This document shows positions 25,370 to 39,371 of a stretch of 64,000 nt of DNA, one piece after another. The notes beneath the pieces are model-generated. The model was not told the DNA's origin, made no database searches, and saw nothing but the letters and a program-made list of their open reading frames with translations. A program made the position numbers and the translations under genes. Where the stretch lies: contig NC_043006.1 in assembly GCF_006345805.1 (NCBI RefSeq), forward strand, positions 103,788,001-103,852,000. Direction: 5' to 3'. The DNA comes from Octopus sinensis (Eukaryota). The first letter of the stretch is position 1, and every line of letters begins with the position of its first letter.

Positions 25370-26200
25370 TAATTGTAATAATAAGGGCACTGAGGAATAG
25401 CACCACGTGCTAGAAATAGATGCGAAATGGTTCTAAGAACTACAGTTACTTGGCTACATTAGCACGGACTGAAAGCGAGGAAAGTGAATAAATAAGATTT
25501 CTTAAAAGAGGTTTAAGAATAGATCGTTTTCTGGTTTAGAGATGTAAATTCGCCTATATCCAACCTTGACCTATTGTATATAATTATAAACATTTATACA
25601 TATATATCAATACGAATATCGCTTATCCATAATCGTATATACAAATGTTCACATTTATATACGAGCTAAATCTAATTTATCCACCTCAACACCTGCATAT
25701 ACGAACATAATACCGCAGAGAATATTCTGGTCAGAGCAATTTGTACTTATTCCTTTAATAATGAAAGGTAAAATCTTTATAATATTTTAGCATGTAGCCA
25801 GTATGTAATGCAATATAGACGTAATAATTGATATAGAATATTCACTGCAGTATCATTTTCGGTCATATATGCAGGTGTTGAGGTGAATAAATTAAGTTTA
25901 GCTCGTATATAAATGCGAACACATGTATATATGATTATGGATACGCAATATTCCTATTGGTATGTGTAAATGTATATAATTATGTACAATTTGTCAAACT
26001 ATACTGATGAAGGTAGGTTTTACATCTCTAAACCAGAAATCGATCTATTCTTAAACCTCTTTTAGGAAATCTTATTTATTCTCTTTCCTTGCTTTCAGTC
26101 CTTGCTAACGAAGCATGTAACTCTAGTGCTTAGAATCATTTGGCGTCTATTTCTAGCATGTGGCGCTAATCATTAGTGCCCTTATTATAATAGTCATATT
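25370..26200. mobile_element. ~830-bp diverged foldback with hammerhead-like motifs
   Basis: Arms ~25370-25715 and ~25862-26200 are imperfect reverse complements; HHR-like motifs at 25386-25424(+), 26001-26048(+), 26142-26180(-). Confidence 0.7.
26001..26048 (+). ncRNA. Minimal hammerhead ribozyme (weak 3-bp stem I)
   Basis: AUA-CUGAUGA-A-GGU...ACC-A-GAAA-UCGAUC|UAU; stem III palindrome AUCGAU; cleavage predicted after C26045. Confidence 0.65.
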
Positions 26201-26292
26201 TATATAATTATATATACTTGTATTAATTATTACCTATATGGTTCATTACATACTGGTTACATTTTAAAATCTTATAAAGATTTTATCCATGA

Positions 26293-26355
<63 letters not shown>

Positions 26356-26724
26356 TATAATTATTGGTTATTCTATAGCCAATACCCTGATTTATCCACT
26401 TATAATCCACTTGTTACAGGAAAATTGAACTGAAAGCGGGCAACTAACCTTTAGAAAATTTAAATTTCGTTATCTCTATATTGAATCAATTTCGGAATTA
26501 ATCCCTATAAAGGGTACATTCTTCTTCAGTAGAGCTTACGAGAGAATATAGATAAAATACTCACATGTGATTATGGAAAAAGCAGAAGCTAAAAACACAA
26601 ATACATTTAAGTACATCATTTGTATCTAAAAATAAAAATTCCTTGGTTAGTCTCAGAACAACGTGTTGACCTATCGCCGCTACATATTGTAATGTTTACC
26701 GGTCCCCTTGTATATATATATATA

Positions 26725-26940
26725 TATATACATACAGACCTCGTCTGTACCACTGGCGATTTTTTTTTACTCTGTCTTCCCTTCTCGGGATCTTTCCTTC
26801 TCCTATGTCTCCGACGAAGACTTCCGCTCGAAACGTCAAACCCTCCTTCTTCCCTTCTTTCCTGAGCGTCCAATAATACTTTCTTTGTTCCACGTACTTG
26901 CGTTGTTGTTTTTTTTTTTTTTTTCTTGTTTGGATTAACT
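26725..26940 (+). mobile_element. Family A copy (degenerate HHR 26807-26841)
   Basis: Homologous to 505-720; GAAAC-GUC-AAAC retained. Confidence 0.75.
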
Positions 26941-26963
26941 TTATATATATATATCTATATATA

Positions 26964-26996
<33 letters not shown>

Positions 26997-27004
26997 ACTT
27001 AGAT

Positions 27005-27150
27005 ATGATTCGACCAAAGATTGGTCCAGGCCTTGTCTAACTTAACAGCACCACCTGATAGGATTAGCTAAATCCTTTTCAAATCAGGTTTTGTGGTACC
27101 ATAGTCCATTGGAGTCGGGAATTCTTGTTGAGTGAGTTGTATCCAGGTTT
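27005..27150 (-). mobile_element. CR1-like LINE 3' end
   Basis: Reverse complement CAGGTGGTGCTGTTAAGTTAGACA matches the CR1 3' end at ~51855-51880. Confidence 0.65.
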
Positions 27151-28215
27151 CGATGGCTAATCTGGTATTCCTTGAAACAATTTGTCCACATTCCGTTGGA
27201 GTCGGTAGAAACCTACTTCAATGGATTAGGTATTTCCTAACAAACACGACCCACCATGTTGTGGTCGATGGCATCCACTCAAGACCAGCAAAATTCATCA
27301 GCGGTGTCCCGCAGAGTACTGTGCTGGGTCCACTTCCTTTTAGTGTCTATATCAATGACATTGCAGATTCCCTTGAACCCAGTGGGCACAAAAAAATCAA
27401 TATGCAGTTGGACGAAGAAATATTTGAGCTCATCCACTTTGGGAAAGAGGGTACGCTCAAACAACCACATACACTACCGTCGGGAGAACTACCTGAACCG
27501 TCGGATATCAGAAACTTAGGTTTAATTGTCGACAGCAACCTTAGCTGGTGTGAGTACATCAACAAAAATGTCGATGTTGCCCACAGAATGTGCTCATGGA
27601 TTCTCAGAACTCCCCAATCTAGGGATCATGAAACCATCATCCTTCACTTCTTCACATTCGCTAGGCCCCACCTCGAATACTGCTACCCATTGTAGTCTTT
27701 CTACAAAGAAAAGCAAGACATAATGAGGATCGAAGCACCACAAAGTTTAACCACAAAAAATTAATGGCGTGATGGGACTTAATTATTGTGCTCGACTTAA
27801 ACAGCTGAAGCTCGATTCTCTGCAACGCAACCGTGAGCGATACATTATTTGCACCATGTGGAAAATATTCCACCAATATTATCCAAATGATATTGGCATT
27901 ATGTTTACAATTCACCCAAGACTAGGCCCCGTGCAATGCGTCCCCTACAAAGGTCGAGATCACATCACATAAGAAGATTGCGACACAATTTCTTCACTGC
28001 AAATTGTCCTGCACGTTTCAATGTTATGCCAAAAGAAATTAAAGTAGAAAAACATCCACAACTTTCAAACGGTACCTGGGCAAATTCCTCCAAGAAATAC
28101 CGATAAACACTCTACACCTGGATACGTCTCAACCAACAACAACTCTCTGCTTGAGTGGTCCATGGTGTCCCAAATCATGGCCTGTGCCGATAATGGCCGA
28201 AACCAATCTAAATTA
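27150..28215 (+). pseudogene. CR1-like LINE, RT and C-terminal fragment with internal deletion
   Basis: GVPQSTVLGPLPFSVYINDI, LGLIVDSNLSW, ARPHLEYC, LDSLQRNRERY; stops and frameshifts. Confidence 0.88.
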
Positions 28216-28275
28216 TCTAAGTTATATATATAGATATACATATACATACATATATATATAATATATATATATATA

Positions 28276-28347
<72 letters not shown>

Positions 28348-28944
28348 GATTGTATGTATGTATGTATGTATGATTGTATGTATGTATGTATGTATGTATG
28401 TATGCATATATATATATGCGTAGATGTGAGCACACACGCACACACGTGCACATACACATATATGTGTGTATGTGTATATATAAGCAATGCAAAGAGGGAA
28501 GCCAGTGTTGAGTGGGGTGGCTACAGGACGTTTGAATTTTCAGGAATCTGTATTGCAATACGTATGAAAACTGGAGCCTACAAGACTCAACCGACCAATC
28601 CTGGTATCTGTCTATATCAGTGTGTGGTCTGTGGCAAATATTTCTCTTTCAGAATAAACCGTCGCGACCCAAGCAAAGTCTATGAGTAATCTTCCTCTGT
28701 TTTCATTCTTTCTTTCTATCATTCTTTCTTTCTTTTTCTTTCTTGTAATTTCTTTCTTTTTCTATATCTTTATTTGTAGCGGCTTAGGTCATCTACACAT
28801 CAAGGTAGGAACTTTCACCCACGCATACACACGCACACATATGTCCACACACACGCACACACACATACAAATATACATATATATACGTATACATACATTA
28901 TATAAATATGAATATAAACGTAAATGTATATATTTATATATACA

Positions 28945-29580
28945 CTAGCAGTATCGCCCGGCGTTGCTCGGGTTTGTAAGGGAAATAACTATATAAGCAT
29001 TTTTAGAGAGTTATAGCCAAAAAATAGCAAAAAATGCATTAAAAATGGAAAAAATATGATGGTAAATTTTTTTTTAAATCGTTGACTCATCGTAGACATT
29101 TTTAGAGAGTTACTTCCCTTATATAATAGCGAAAAAATGCATTAAAATGGAAAAAAAACGATGGTAAATTTTTTTTTAAATCGTAGACTCATGTAGACGC
29201 TTTCTTAGCCATTTCTGTTTTGGTGTCTTGAAGCCATGAAGTCGTTGTTCTAAAAAACACTGGTCTCCTTGACAACGCATTACGACGTTGATTTCCTTAC
29301 ACTCCCTTCCCCACAGGTGCAGGTGTGAGCGTGGACGCCAACTCCGCCGCCATCGACACACAAAATTATGCATTAAAATGGAATAAAAAATGATGTTAAA
29401 TTATTTTTAAAATCGTAGACTCATCGTAGACGCGCGCTAATATTCAGACGGGCTCGATATGAATCACGACTATAAGCTACCCGAATTTGGTTAAACTGTA
29501 CCGCAAAATGTGGGAGTAGTTAGGAATCTAAATCGAAGGGGACAGACACTCACAACTATACAGTTTTATATATATATAGA
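28945..29580 (-). mobile_element. Non-autonomous Helitron
   Basis: Minus strand: A|TC 5' end (29580), 3' hairpin CCCGAGCAACGCCGGG (28957-28972) 8 nt before CTAG|T (28945-28948); internal ~110-bp subrepeats. Confidence 0.85.
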
Positions 29581-29629
29581 TATACATAGCGCAGTAGTGG
29601 TGAGATATGACAGCAAAGAAAAGCATACA

Positions 29630-29995
29630 TTCACTCTCTGCATGCAATTAGACTCGGAAAGTTCGTGAGGAACCCATTGACCCAATTTGCTGACTTTTCC
29701 GATAGCACACAGGTGTCAATGAATGGTTGAATGACCAAATCCAAGCTTCTCTGCTAGTTCCTCAACAGTTACGATGATATTTTGTTCCACCAGGGTTTTC
29801 AGGATGTCCTTGTCGAGTTCTACAGATCTTTCAGGATGAGGCTTTTTTTCTAGGCTGTAGTTTATGGCTCGGGATTTCTGGAACCACCATTGACACTGCC
29901 TTACGCTTATTGTCCAATCCCCATATACTGCATTAATATTTCTTGTACTTTGCACACATTTATATTCTGTTATTCTTTTATATCTTTCAGCCTTG
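29630..29995 (-). mobile_element. Mariner transposase N-terminal fragment
   Basis: STRNINAVYG...SVRQCQWWFQK...TVEELAEKLG and the WVPHEL motif. Confidence 0.85.
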
Positions 29996-30282
29996 AGGTT
30001 GTGGCCATGCTGGATCATGTGTGTGTGTCTGTGTGTGTGTGTGTGTGTGTGTGTCTATCTGTCTGTCTGTATGTATGTATATATGTATATGTATGTGTGT
30101 GAACAATAATATTTTCAACAGATGTGTTGCAAATGTATCTGATTGTTCTCAAGCTTCAATACTGTGTGTGTGTGTATGTGTGTGTGTGTATGTATGTATG
30201 TATATGTATGTATGTATGTATATGTATGTATGTATGTATGTGTGTATGTATGTATGTGTGTGTGTATGTATGTGTGTGTGTA

Positions 30283-30313
<31 letters not shown>

Positions 30314-30862
30314 ATGTATATATGTATGAGTGTATGTTTACTTTATTACTAATTACTCTCTTCCAAGAACATTTTCACTCACTCTTAGCTCTTAGCTTCC
30401 CATACATTTTACTCATGTATCTATCAGCGTCATAGACAGAATACTTTCACTTTAGTCTTCCTCAAATCACTCTGTCGCTATTTACTTTCATTTTATTCGT
30501 TGCACACTGTGTGTGTGCGTTTGCGTGTGGTGTAAACCAGACTAAGAAAAGCATTTGACACACACACCAGAATGTGAGTTTTCTGTAAATTTTGCTTAAT
30601 TGGAGTTTAAATTTTAAAAACTGGACCTGGCATGACGCGATGCATTGTACTCTCAAAAATGGTAGGTAAATTGTAATTGAAGAAATCCTATATTGTAGAT
30701 TTGTATAACTCCCAAAGGGAGGCAGATAAAATCTGCCTTTTATAATAAGAGATATACTATGCATATATATGTAAACTTACTGATGCACACAAGCACACAC
30801 ACACACACTCATACACACACACACACACACTCACACACACACACACATATGTATATATATAC

Positions 30863-30913
<51 letters not shown>

Positions 30914-31403
30914 ATACATGAATATATATGTATATGTATGTTTATATATATATATTTATATACATATATATGTGCATTTGCTTATATATGCTTGAACATG
31001 TATATATATGCATACGCAATACACATATGCATATACATATATATATATGTATACACATACACCAACATCCACTCAAGCCCACACACACAGATACACAGAC
31101 ACACACACACACACACACGCTGCAGTGATAATTAGAAAGTGGTCTATAGATAAGAATACCTCGATGTCTCCCCATAGTACAAGTGTTAGAGTTAAAAGGA
31201 AGGGGAAAAAAGGAAAAGAGATGATGCAGTCTGTGGCAGAAGGGAAGTTCAAATGACGTCAACGGCATTTCAGGGCTTCTGATACTGAAGTTGTATAATA
31301 TTTAATTAGTTTTTTTTTTTAAGTGTTATGAGAAACAACACGACAACTATTTTGTCTTCTTTTAGTACTGTGACCAATTTCTCTACACCCTGAGTTCCTG
31401 AGT

Positions 31404-31652
<249 letters not shown>

Positions 31653-31653
<1 letters not shown>

Positions 31654-31985
31654 GGGCTACAGCAAACATTCTGCTCAATACCACAGATTTGCTTGTCAGT
31701 TGTTTGACCATAACGAGTTGAGCATGTCCCTTAGTGGCTGACGATATGTGTATCTCTGATCACGAGCAGAAGTAGTGGGGGAGCATCATAACCGTGTGTT
31801 GAAAGGAATTCTTAGAGGTTTGGATAATTTACCTTTGGAAAAATGGGTGGTTCGTTCAATATGCTTAAACAATCCTTATTCAGGGACCTTTTGAGCGGGA
31901 TGGGCTACTCAACGTGAAGAAAATTCTAACTGGGTCCCACCTACAAGGTCATGCGCTATTTATCTTGATATGAGATCACCATATG
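31653..31985 (+). mobile_element. Truncated copy of the (AAT)n-associated non-coding repeat
   Basis: Reverse complement of part of 47841-48388; starts directly after (AAT)n. Confidence 0.85.
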
Positions 31986-32591
31986 ACAAAATACCGCTAA
32001 ACATTTTACCCAACGTGCTAACAATTCTGCTAGCTCATTACTAACTGTGATAATAATGATAATAATGATTCAATTCATTTGCCGGTGGCTATGGATGAGG
32101 ACGACAATTGCAAAGAGAGTACAGGAAGTTTATAAATACCTAGATGACACAAGGGCCAAGTAAAGAATCCCATAGATCCAGGATTACCCTGATGACAACA
32201 GCTGCTTTTTATGATACTACTGGTTATTTAGTCAGTGTTAAACTGCGTCGGTTCAACGAGAGTTCGGCCTGGCATTCGATGATTAGATTTCTTCCGCTGA
32301 CGAGTAAAAATTACCCAGAAATCCCTCGATGAAGTGGATCATTGCATTCATCATTGCAGACGAAATTTCATCTCTTCATACAATCTATGCTATTCAACAG
32401 TAAACGTCTATATGGAATCATTTCTCTTGGCGACTAATGCAGCTTACGACGTGTAAAACAACGCATCCATGTTAAGCTGGATTAATGTTCGTTACAAAGT
32501 CTGCTCCTGTTGCTAGCAGCTTTCTCCCTGTCTCTCTCTATCTCTCTCTCTCTCCCTCTCTCTCTCTCCATATATATATATGTGTGTGTGT

Positions 32592-32625
<34 letters not shown>

Positions 32626-32717
32626 TGTGTATATGTATATATAGATATATATAATGTATATGCATATGTGTATATATATATATATACATATATATGTATA
32701 TGTATATATACATACAT

Positions 32718-32761
<44 letters not shown>

Positions 32762-32774
32762 ACATATTATATAT

Positions 32775-32808
<34 letters not shown>

Positions 32809-33624
32809 ATATATATATATATATATCCGTCCATTCATTTGTCTGCCAAGCCAGTCATCCATCCATACATACATGCATGCGTGTGCATACATAGATTATA
32901 CCTACATATATCTATCCACTGCTACATATATATGTATACACACATACATGCATACATTTATACATATATATATACAGAAACACATACATTTATGGGTATA
33001 TACATGCCATTATATATGTGTGTGTATGTATTGTGCGTGTATACACAAATACACACACAAACACAAACATATGTACATACAAACGTATATACATTCATAC
33101 ATGTGTATATACACTTAGACAATTCATATATGTGCATGAATATCTATATGTTGTTGCACTAGCTTTTTGTATAGGTTAGGTGTATATGATATGTATAATA
33201 ATTTTCGATTAGAAGTTCTAACATTTAATTTCCGTTTCCGGTTTTTATCGTCTGCGGAGATCGTCTGTAATCGTGAAACTCATTAAAACCTGCCTTTGAA
33301 TATTATTACATTCATTTCGACTGGCATTCGTTACATGTATTCTGTGAATAAAATCCCGAATGAATTCAGACATCAACATAATTTAAAATATTTCACGAAC
33401 GATGATTAAACCATTGAGAAAATGTATGGTTTTGGAGGTGGTAGCGATGGTGGTGGCGATGGCGGCTTTCTTGTTGCTGATGGTAGTGGTGGCCGTGGTG
33501 TTGGTGGTGATGATGACACGGCAGGATATGGTTTAATAGTAACTGACTTTCTTTTGTATTCCGCTGTTTGCAGATCTATTTTGGCAGATGACTGGGTCTT
33601 TCATTTAGTTTGACATCCGTTATC

Positions 33625-33761
33625 TTTTATCTTTTACTTGTTTCAGTCATTAGACTGCGACCATGCTGGGGCACCGTCTTGAAGAAATTTTAGTTGAACG
33701 AATCGAACCTGGTACTTTATTTTTGTAAGCTTAGTGCGTATATTATTGGTCTCACTTGCCG

Positions 33762-33832
<71 letters not shown>

Positions 33833-33833
33833 A

Positions 33834-33893
<60 letters not shown>

Positions 33894-34010
33894 AGGCTAA
33901 CTAAATACTCATAAGTGGATATGGTAGACGAAAGAAGCCATCGTATACATACATACAAACATACGAACATACATACATACAGGCTAACAAATAGATAGAT
34001 AGATAGATTA

Positions 34011-34074
<64 letters not shown>

Positions 34075-34075
34075 T

Positions 34076-34169
<94 letters not shown>

Positions 34170-34290
34170 CGACAAGCTTCTTTCCATATCCACTTATATC
34201 CACTCATAAGGCTTTGGCCAGCTCGAGGGACTGAACCCGGAACCATGAAGTTGGGAATCATGCTTTTTACCACACCAGCACACCTGCGCC
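33625..34290 (-). mobile_element. SINE family II with an expanded internal (CA)n/(TAGA)n tract
   Basis: 3' half 33625-33760 and head 34170-34290, separated by ~400 bp that is mostly microsatellite. Confidence 0.75.
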
Positions 34291-34439
34291 TGATAAGAGA
34301 TATCCTTCAATGGGTTAATAGTTGATTCTTCAAACAAAAGGCGCATTGTGAAGTCCAGACTGGCGTTGAGGAAAGTAAAATTAAAGTAAGTTCCCCACCA
34401 CCAGTACTACATTATTGCTTCGATTCTAAGTACACGGAG

Positions 34440-34670
34440 GGTTTCCCGGTTTCCGTGCCGTATGGGGGACCCAGATCATAACACCCTCCCAGAGCGGGAC
34501 GCCTGTCAGTCGCTTACGTACTGATTTACAGTTGAGTATACTAGAGCAATAGGTAATGTAGTGTTATATTTTTGTTCAGGTACCCAACACACTGCCCGGT
34601 CCGTGATTCGAAAGGATGATCTGGTTACCGTCAATGCAATACCCTAAGTACTAGTCAACCGACTTTCACC
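34440..34670 (-). mobile_element. Degenerate tRNA-derived SINE (family III)
   Basis: TTTACAGTTGAGTATACTAGAGCAAT...CCCGGTCCGTGATTCGAA...ACCCTAAG, an antisense CORE-like/tRNA head. Confidence 0.55.
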
Positions 34671-36006
34671 TGGCGCAGACACAGGTACCTGTACATTCAA
34701 TTATCTCAAAAATCATGTCTAAGGCTGTAGTCCAGCTGAGATACTGGTTTCGAATCAGTCGACTTAAATATTTTTTCTTTTTTTTTCATTTAGTAATTAT
34801 TTCATCGGACGCTGTTGCCGTTAATGTATGGTGACGTTAACAAGCCAGCACCGGTTGGCAAGCGCTGGTTGTGGTTGTGGTGGTGGTGGTGTTTGTATCT
34901 GAAAGGGGCATTAAAGAAAACGAAGATACAAACACACACACACACACACATTCACTAGACAATGGTAAAAAGAAATCCAGACAATATTTTGAAAAGTGAC
35001 ATTTTGTTCCCCTTGGAGTATTCATCCTGACCAGCCACAAAAGAGACCAACAAAACATTTTTTCTTTCTCTCCCTTTTCTTCCTTTCCTTCTTTTTCTTT
35101 AACACCTCTTTCAGATACAAACAGATACACACACACATGCTTTCTCTCACTTTCAACCCATTCATCACCCTCTTGTACTATCTCATATCTATCCCCACCT
35201 CTACACACTCAATAACACTATAAAAATGGTCAAACTTTCCCCAAGAACTTAGTTCAATTTGAAAACTCCACTAGAATGGACGAAAGCGCTGTTATATAAT
35301 ATATGATGTATAAAAACATGTAATATACAAATAAATATCTGTAAATACAAAACCATCCGGATATCTGAGTACCTCATATCTTCTAATATAAAATACATGT
35401 ACATCAACTCCAAACCTTCTAATATATATATATATATATATAAGCATCGGTGAAATAAAATCTGCAATCTGATGGAGCAAACAACAAACCTAAGAAACAT
35501 TTCGTACATATATCTCCAGTTGAAAAGGATTACTTCAAAACACACACACACACACACGAGTACAGAAATGCCTCGATATACGAATTAATTCTTTCCCGGA
35601 GAACGCTCATACACACACACACACACACACGGACACACGCACTCACCCACACCGAGTAATATCTTAGAGACAAGCATTAACTTTAACATACTCTCGTGTT
35701 TCATGTCTCTCTTCTGAAAATCTGTGAAAATGTGTACTGAAGAAATCGATATTAACTTTGAAAAGATTGCAACAATATAGCGAGAGAAATATTGGTAAAT
35801 ATCTATCTAGATGTTATATATTGTTAGAGTAAAACCAAACAGGTTGAAAATATTTGATATAAACATACCATCTATAGAGAAATGTGGTCGCAAAGTTAAT
35901 ATCTTCTGGTGAATATTACATGGCAAGAATGTGAAGGACAACGAGAAAAATGAATAAGAAGAATTAAGAACTTTTCATAAGTGGATATATTATGTGAGTG
36001 TTTGTA

Positions 36007-36046
<40 letters not shown>

Positions 36047-36314
36047 ATACTGTATCGACCAGACATACAGATGCTCTTATACGCCGCTAGTAACAATTGG
36101 CCTCTTTTGATAGCATCTTCGTTTCTCCGTTTTCGCCCAAGTCGTTTAACTAAATCGTTTATAAGTATGTATGCCTGTATTGAGTCCGCATTATGTCTTT
36201 TTCTCGCCTCCTGCACATCAGTTTTCGTAAACATCTTCAATTCAAAATGTCGACAGTATTTATGTATCGATATAAATATGCAAGTACGTGTACATGCTAT
36301 CATGTTAGTATATA

Positions 36315-36485
36315 GATGCAGGCGTGACAGTGTGATAAGAAGCTTCCTTCCCAACCACATGTTTCCGGGGTCAGTCCCACTGCGTAGCACCATAGATAAG
36401 TTTCTTAATCTAATGCCCCGCCGGGCAGATCACAGCCTTGTGCGTTGGTTTGGTCGATGGAAACTAAAAGAAACCCGTCGCATGT
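36315..36485 (+). mobile_element. SINE family II, 5' half
   Basis: CTTCCCAACCACATG..TCCGGGGTCAGTCCCACTGCG...GGAAACTAAAAGAAACCCGTCG. Confidence 0.75.
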
Positions 36486-36499
36486 ATATACATATAATA

Positions 36500-36548
<49 letters not shown>

Positions 36549-36569
36549 ATATACATATGATAAACGTCG

Positions 36570-36860
36570 CCTTTTACAAGCCTAGCCAGGTTCATGGGCT
36601 CGGTTTCCCGGCTTCTTTGGCGTATGTGTTCCCCCCAGCTGGAAGGAGCGCCAGTCCGTCGCAGCGTTACTCAAGAAACAGGAAGACAGAGTGAGAGAAA
36701 GTTGTGGCGAAAGAGTACAGCTGGGCTCGCCACCAGCCCCTGCCGGAGCCACGTGGAGCTTTTAGCTGTTTTCGCTCAATAAACACATACAACACCCGGT
36801 ATAGGAATCGAAACCGCGATCCGCCGAGCGCGAGTCCACTGCCCTAACCACTGGGCAATA
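36570..36860 (-). mobile_element. tRNA-derived SINE
   Basis: Minus strand GCCCAGTGGTTAGG (A box) and GGTTTCGATTCC (B box). Confidence 0.75.
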
Positions 36861-36862
36861 TA

Positions 36863-37000
36863 CTTTATTTAAAGCAGCAGAAAATTCAACAAAACCTGTT
36901 ACTCTGAGTTTCCCGTTGCCGTTCATCGGACAGTTTTTGAACGGCAACGGGAAACTCAGAGTAACATGTTTTGTTGAATTTTCTGCTGCTTTAAATAAAG
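36863..37000. repeat. Near-perfect 63-bp inverted repeat, 12-nt loop
   Basis: 36863-36925 versus 36938-37000, one mismatch. Confidence 0.95.
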
Positions 37001-37079
37001 CATATTACTCTACCCCTGGTATATGAGTACTCTTTTTTCCACCTTGTTTCACATTTATGTGTTTACTCCGGTATATGCA

Positions 37080-37132
<53 letters not shown>

Positions 37133-37932
37133 ATATATACATACATATATATGAGTGTGTGCGTGTGTATGTAGGTATATATCAAACGACTGAAACAAAA
37201 GAGTAGAAAAGAGTACAATAGTTGGAGAACTCCCTGCAGTGTTAGGTCCAGTAAGGAATCGAAACTGCTACAGTCGATTTCAAATAGCTAATGCCTTTAT
37301 TGGTTACACTTCAGAACGCATTATATATCCAAGGAATTACTGGTATGTCTGGAGAGTTGGTCAACAATGTTAAACAATTTACATTTGTTTGGCTAATTAT
37401 ATTTATTCGTTTGCATCGATGTCAGGTGGATAACGTGTCTGTCTATTGAATTAATATACAACACTTGGTCACAGACAATGGTTTTTAAGTGAACACTGCT
37501 GGAGACGGCAACAACAAAAACAACAACAGCAACAAACTAAACAAAACACAACTTGAACATTTAAATATCTTGTCAGTAATCGTGGTCGTTTCGTGTTTTG
37601 TGGCTGAAATTTCTTAATTTCCAAAACAAAAGTTATATGAATTATAAAATAAAACAATAATACGAAAATTTATATAAATACAAAAAAAAACGATGTTAGT
37701 AATAAAATTATACCAACATCAATAACAACAATAAAACCCTATAAAGAACCACTATAACAACAATATCAATAATATTAGTAATACTAATAAACATACATCT
37801 AATTTTCTATTATACGGTTTCTCTTTCGTTTTGTGTATCGGAATTTGAAACGTATAAACTGCCATCACGACATTACCAGAAATAACAGTAACAACAACAA
37901 TAACAACAACGACAATAACAACAACAACAGCA

Positions 37933-37972
<40 letters not shown>

Positions 37973-38210
37973 GGAAAAAGTAGCTAACAAAGAAATGTAC
38001 TGACGACTGTTTGAATCCAATGTGCATCGTGTCCATAATTAAACACTTTTTAATAACAGCGGTTCAGTCCTCGTAGACATATGTAGGTAGTGAAAAATAA
38101 TTAATAGCGACGGATTAAGTATTAACACCAAAAGACATTATTTATCCCCACTTAAAAGTGGGTGTTGTGTTAGAACACAGAATACTGCATTATTTGCCAT
38201 GAGAGAACCT

Positions 38211-38409
38211 TGTGGTACATATAAGCACTCGTGTCGAAAGCGGGAGGTAATCGTCCGCTACTACAGCCGGAACTGCGGTAATAGCCACGAACGTCTGCCA
38301 TTGAGAAGGTCAAGGGAGGCTGAAATACTGTGATCGGGTCGTTCCAGCGGCTGTAGCGGACAATTATTTCTTTCCAGCGTAATAAACACGAGCGCTTTTA
38401 CACACCACA
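38211..38409. repeat. Imperfect foldback (MITE-like)
   Basis: Arms ~38211-38273 and ~38341-38409 (GTCCGCTAC..CAGCCG / CGGCTGTAGCGGAC). Confidence 0.6.
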
Positions 38410-39371
38410 TGTCTATATAAGAGAGTATCTCTCGTGTAAGTAACGCAGTATTCTGTATTCTAGCATAACAACCACTTTTACGTGGGGATATGCATTATCT
38501 TTTGGCATTAATACTGCTTTTGATACTAGTAATTATTTTCGAATAAGCCCACTGGCTATTTGCGATACCAGTGCCTGGAAAGACACTGAGATTCTCTGTG
38601 TATCGTAGGGCGGAGAAGAGTCGCTGCTACCTTCTATCGACAGACCTCAACAGATAAAGAAGTTCCTTTCTAGAGGACACAACTGAACGTTCTTTTCTGG
38701 AATAGAAAGATCGTGGGCTCCAAAACCCTATTCACAAAGCTGCGTGCATTCAAACCCCCTATTACTAGCAGCGTAGATAAATTAGACGACCGATTACGTT
38801 ATTATATGCAAATTACTTTATCTAAGTGATACTCCATTCTTGAAATTGCTTGTTCTAGCTGAAACTGTAAATCCTTGTAAATTATATTTTATATATTTAT
38901 TTACTGTCTTCTTATGGCACTCTTCACTATTCTTTGTACGAATCGTTTGCATGGAATGAAGCCGAAACTTTTGCTGGCGTCAGCCATTCTTAGAACAAGA
39001 GGTTTTATTTTTTTCCATATTTTCTGTATCAGGTTAATGAAATGCGCAGTGGTTAATTGGATCGGTTTCAATCCATTCTGTGATTTGAAGGGAAAGCCTT
39101 ATTGACATCAAATATAAACCTTTCTAAAATATTTAAAGGTGTGCGTAGAACGATGATGAAGCTGGCTGCGTGATACCATTTTCATGTAGGATGTTGTTGA
39201 TCTTTAGAGTTGTTACAATTTTCACCTAGTTTCTAATTTCTGAAAATATGACAATGTTGATACAAATTGGATAGTTTGATAAACGAAGTGATTTCTTTAA
39301 GTCCTATGCTTCTTACGTGTATCGAAAGCGATTTGTTTGGCCGGAAGTTGTTCATCTTGTATTTTCAACAC

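Noticed and set aside
32291-32334. CUGACGA...GAAAU-CCCUCG-AU motif
   Set aside because: Stem II is not adjacent to GAAA and there is no NUH site; at best a decayed relic.
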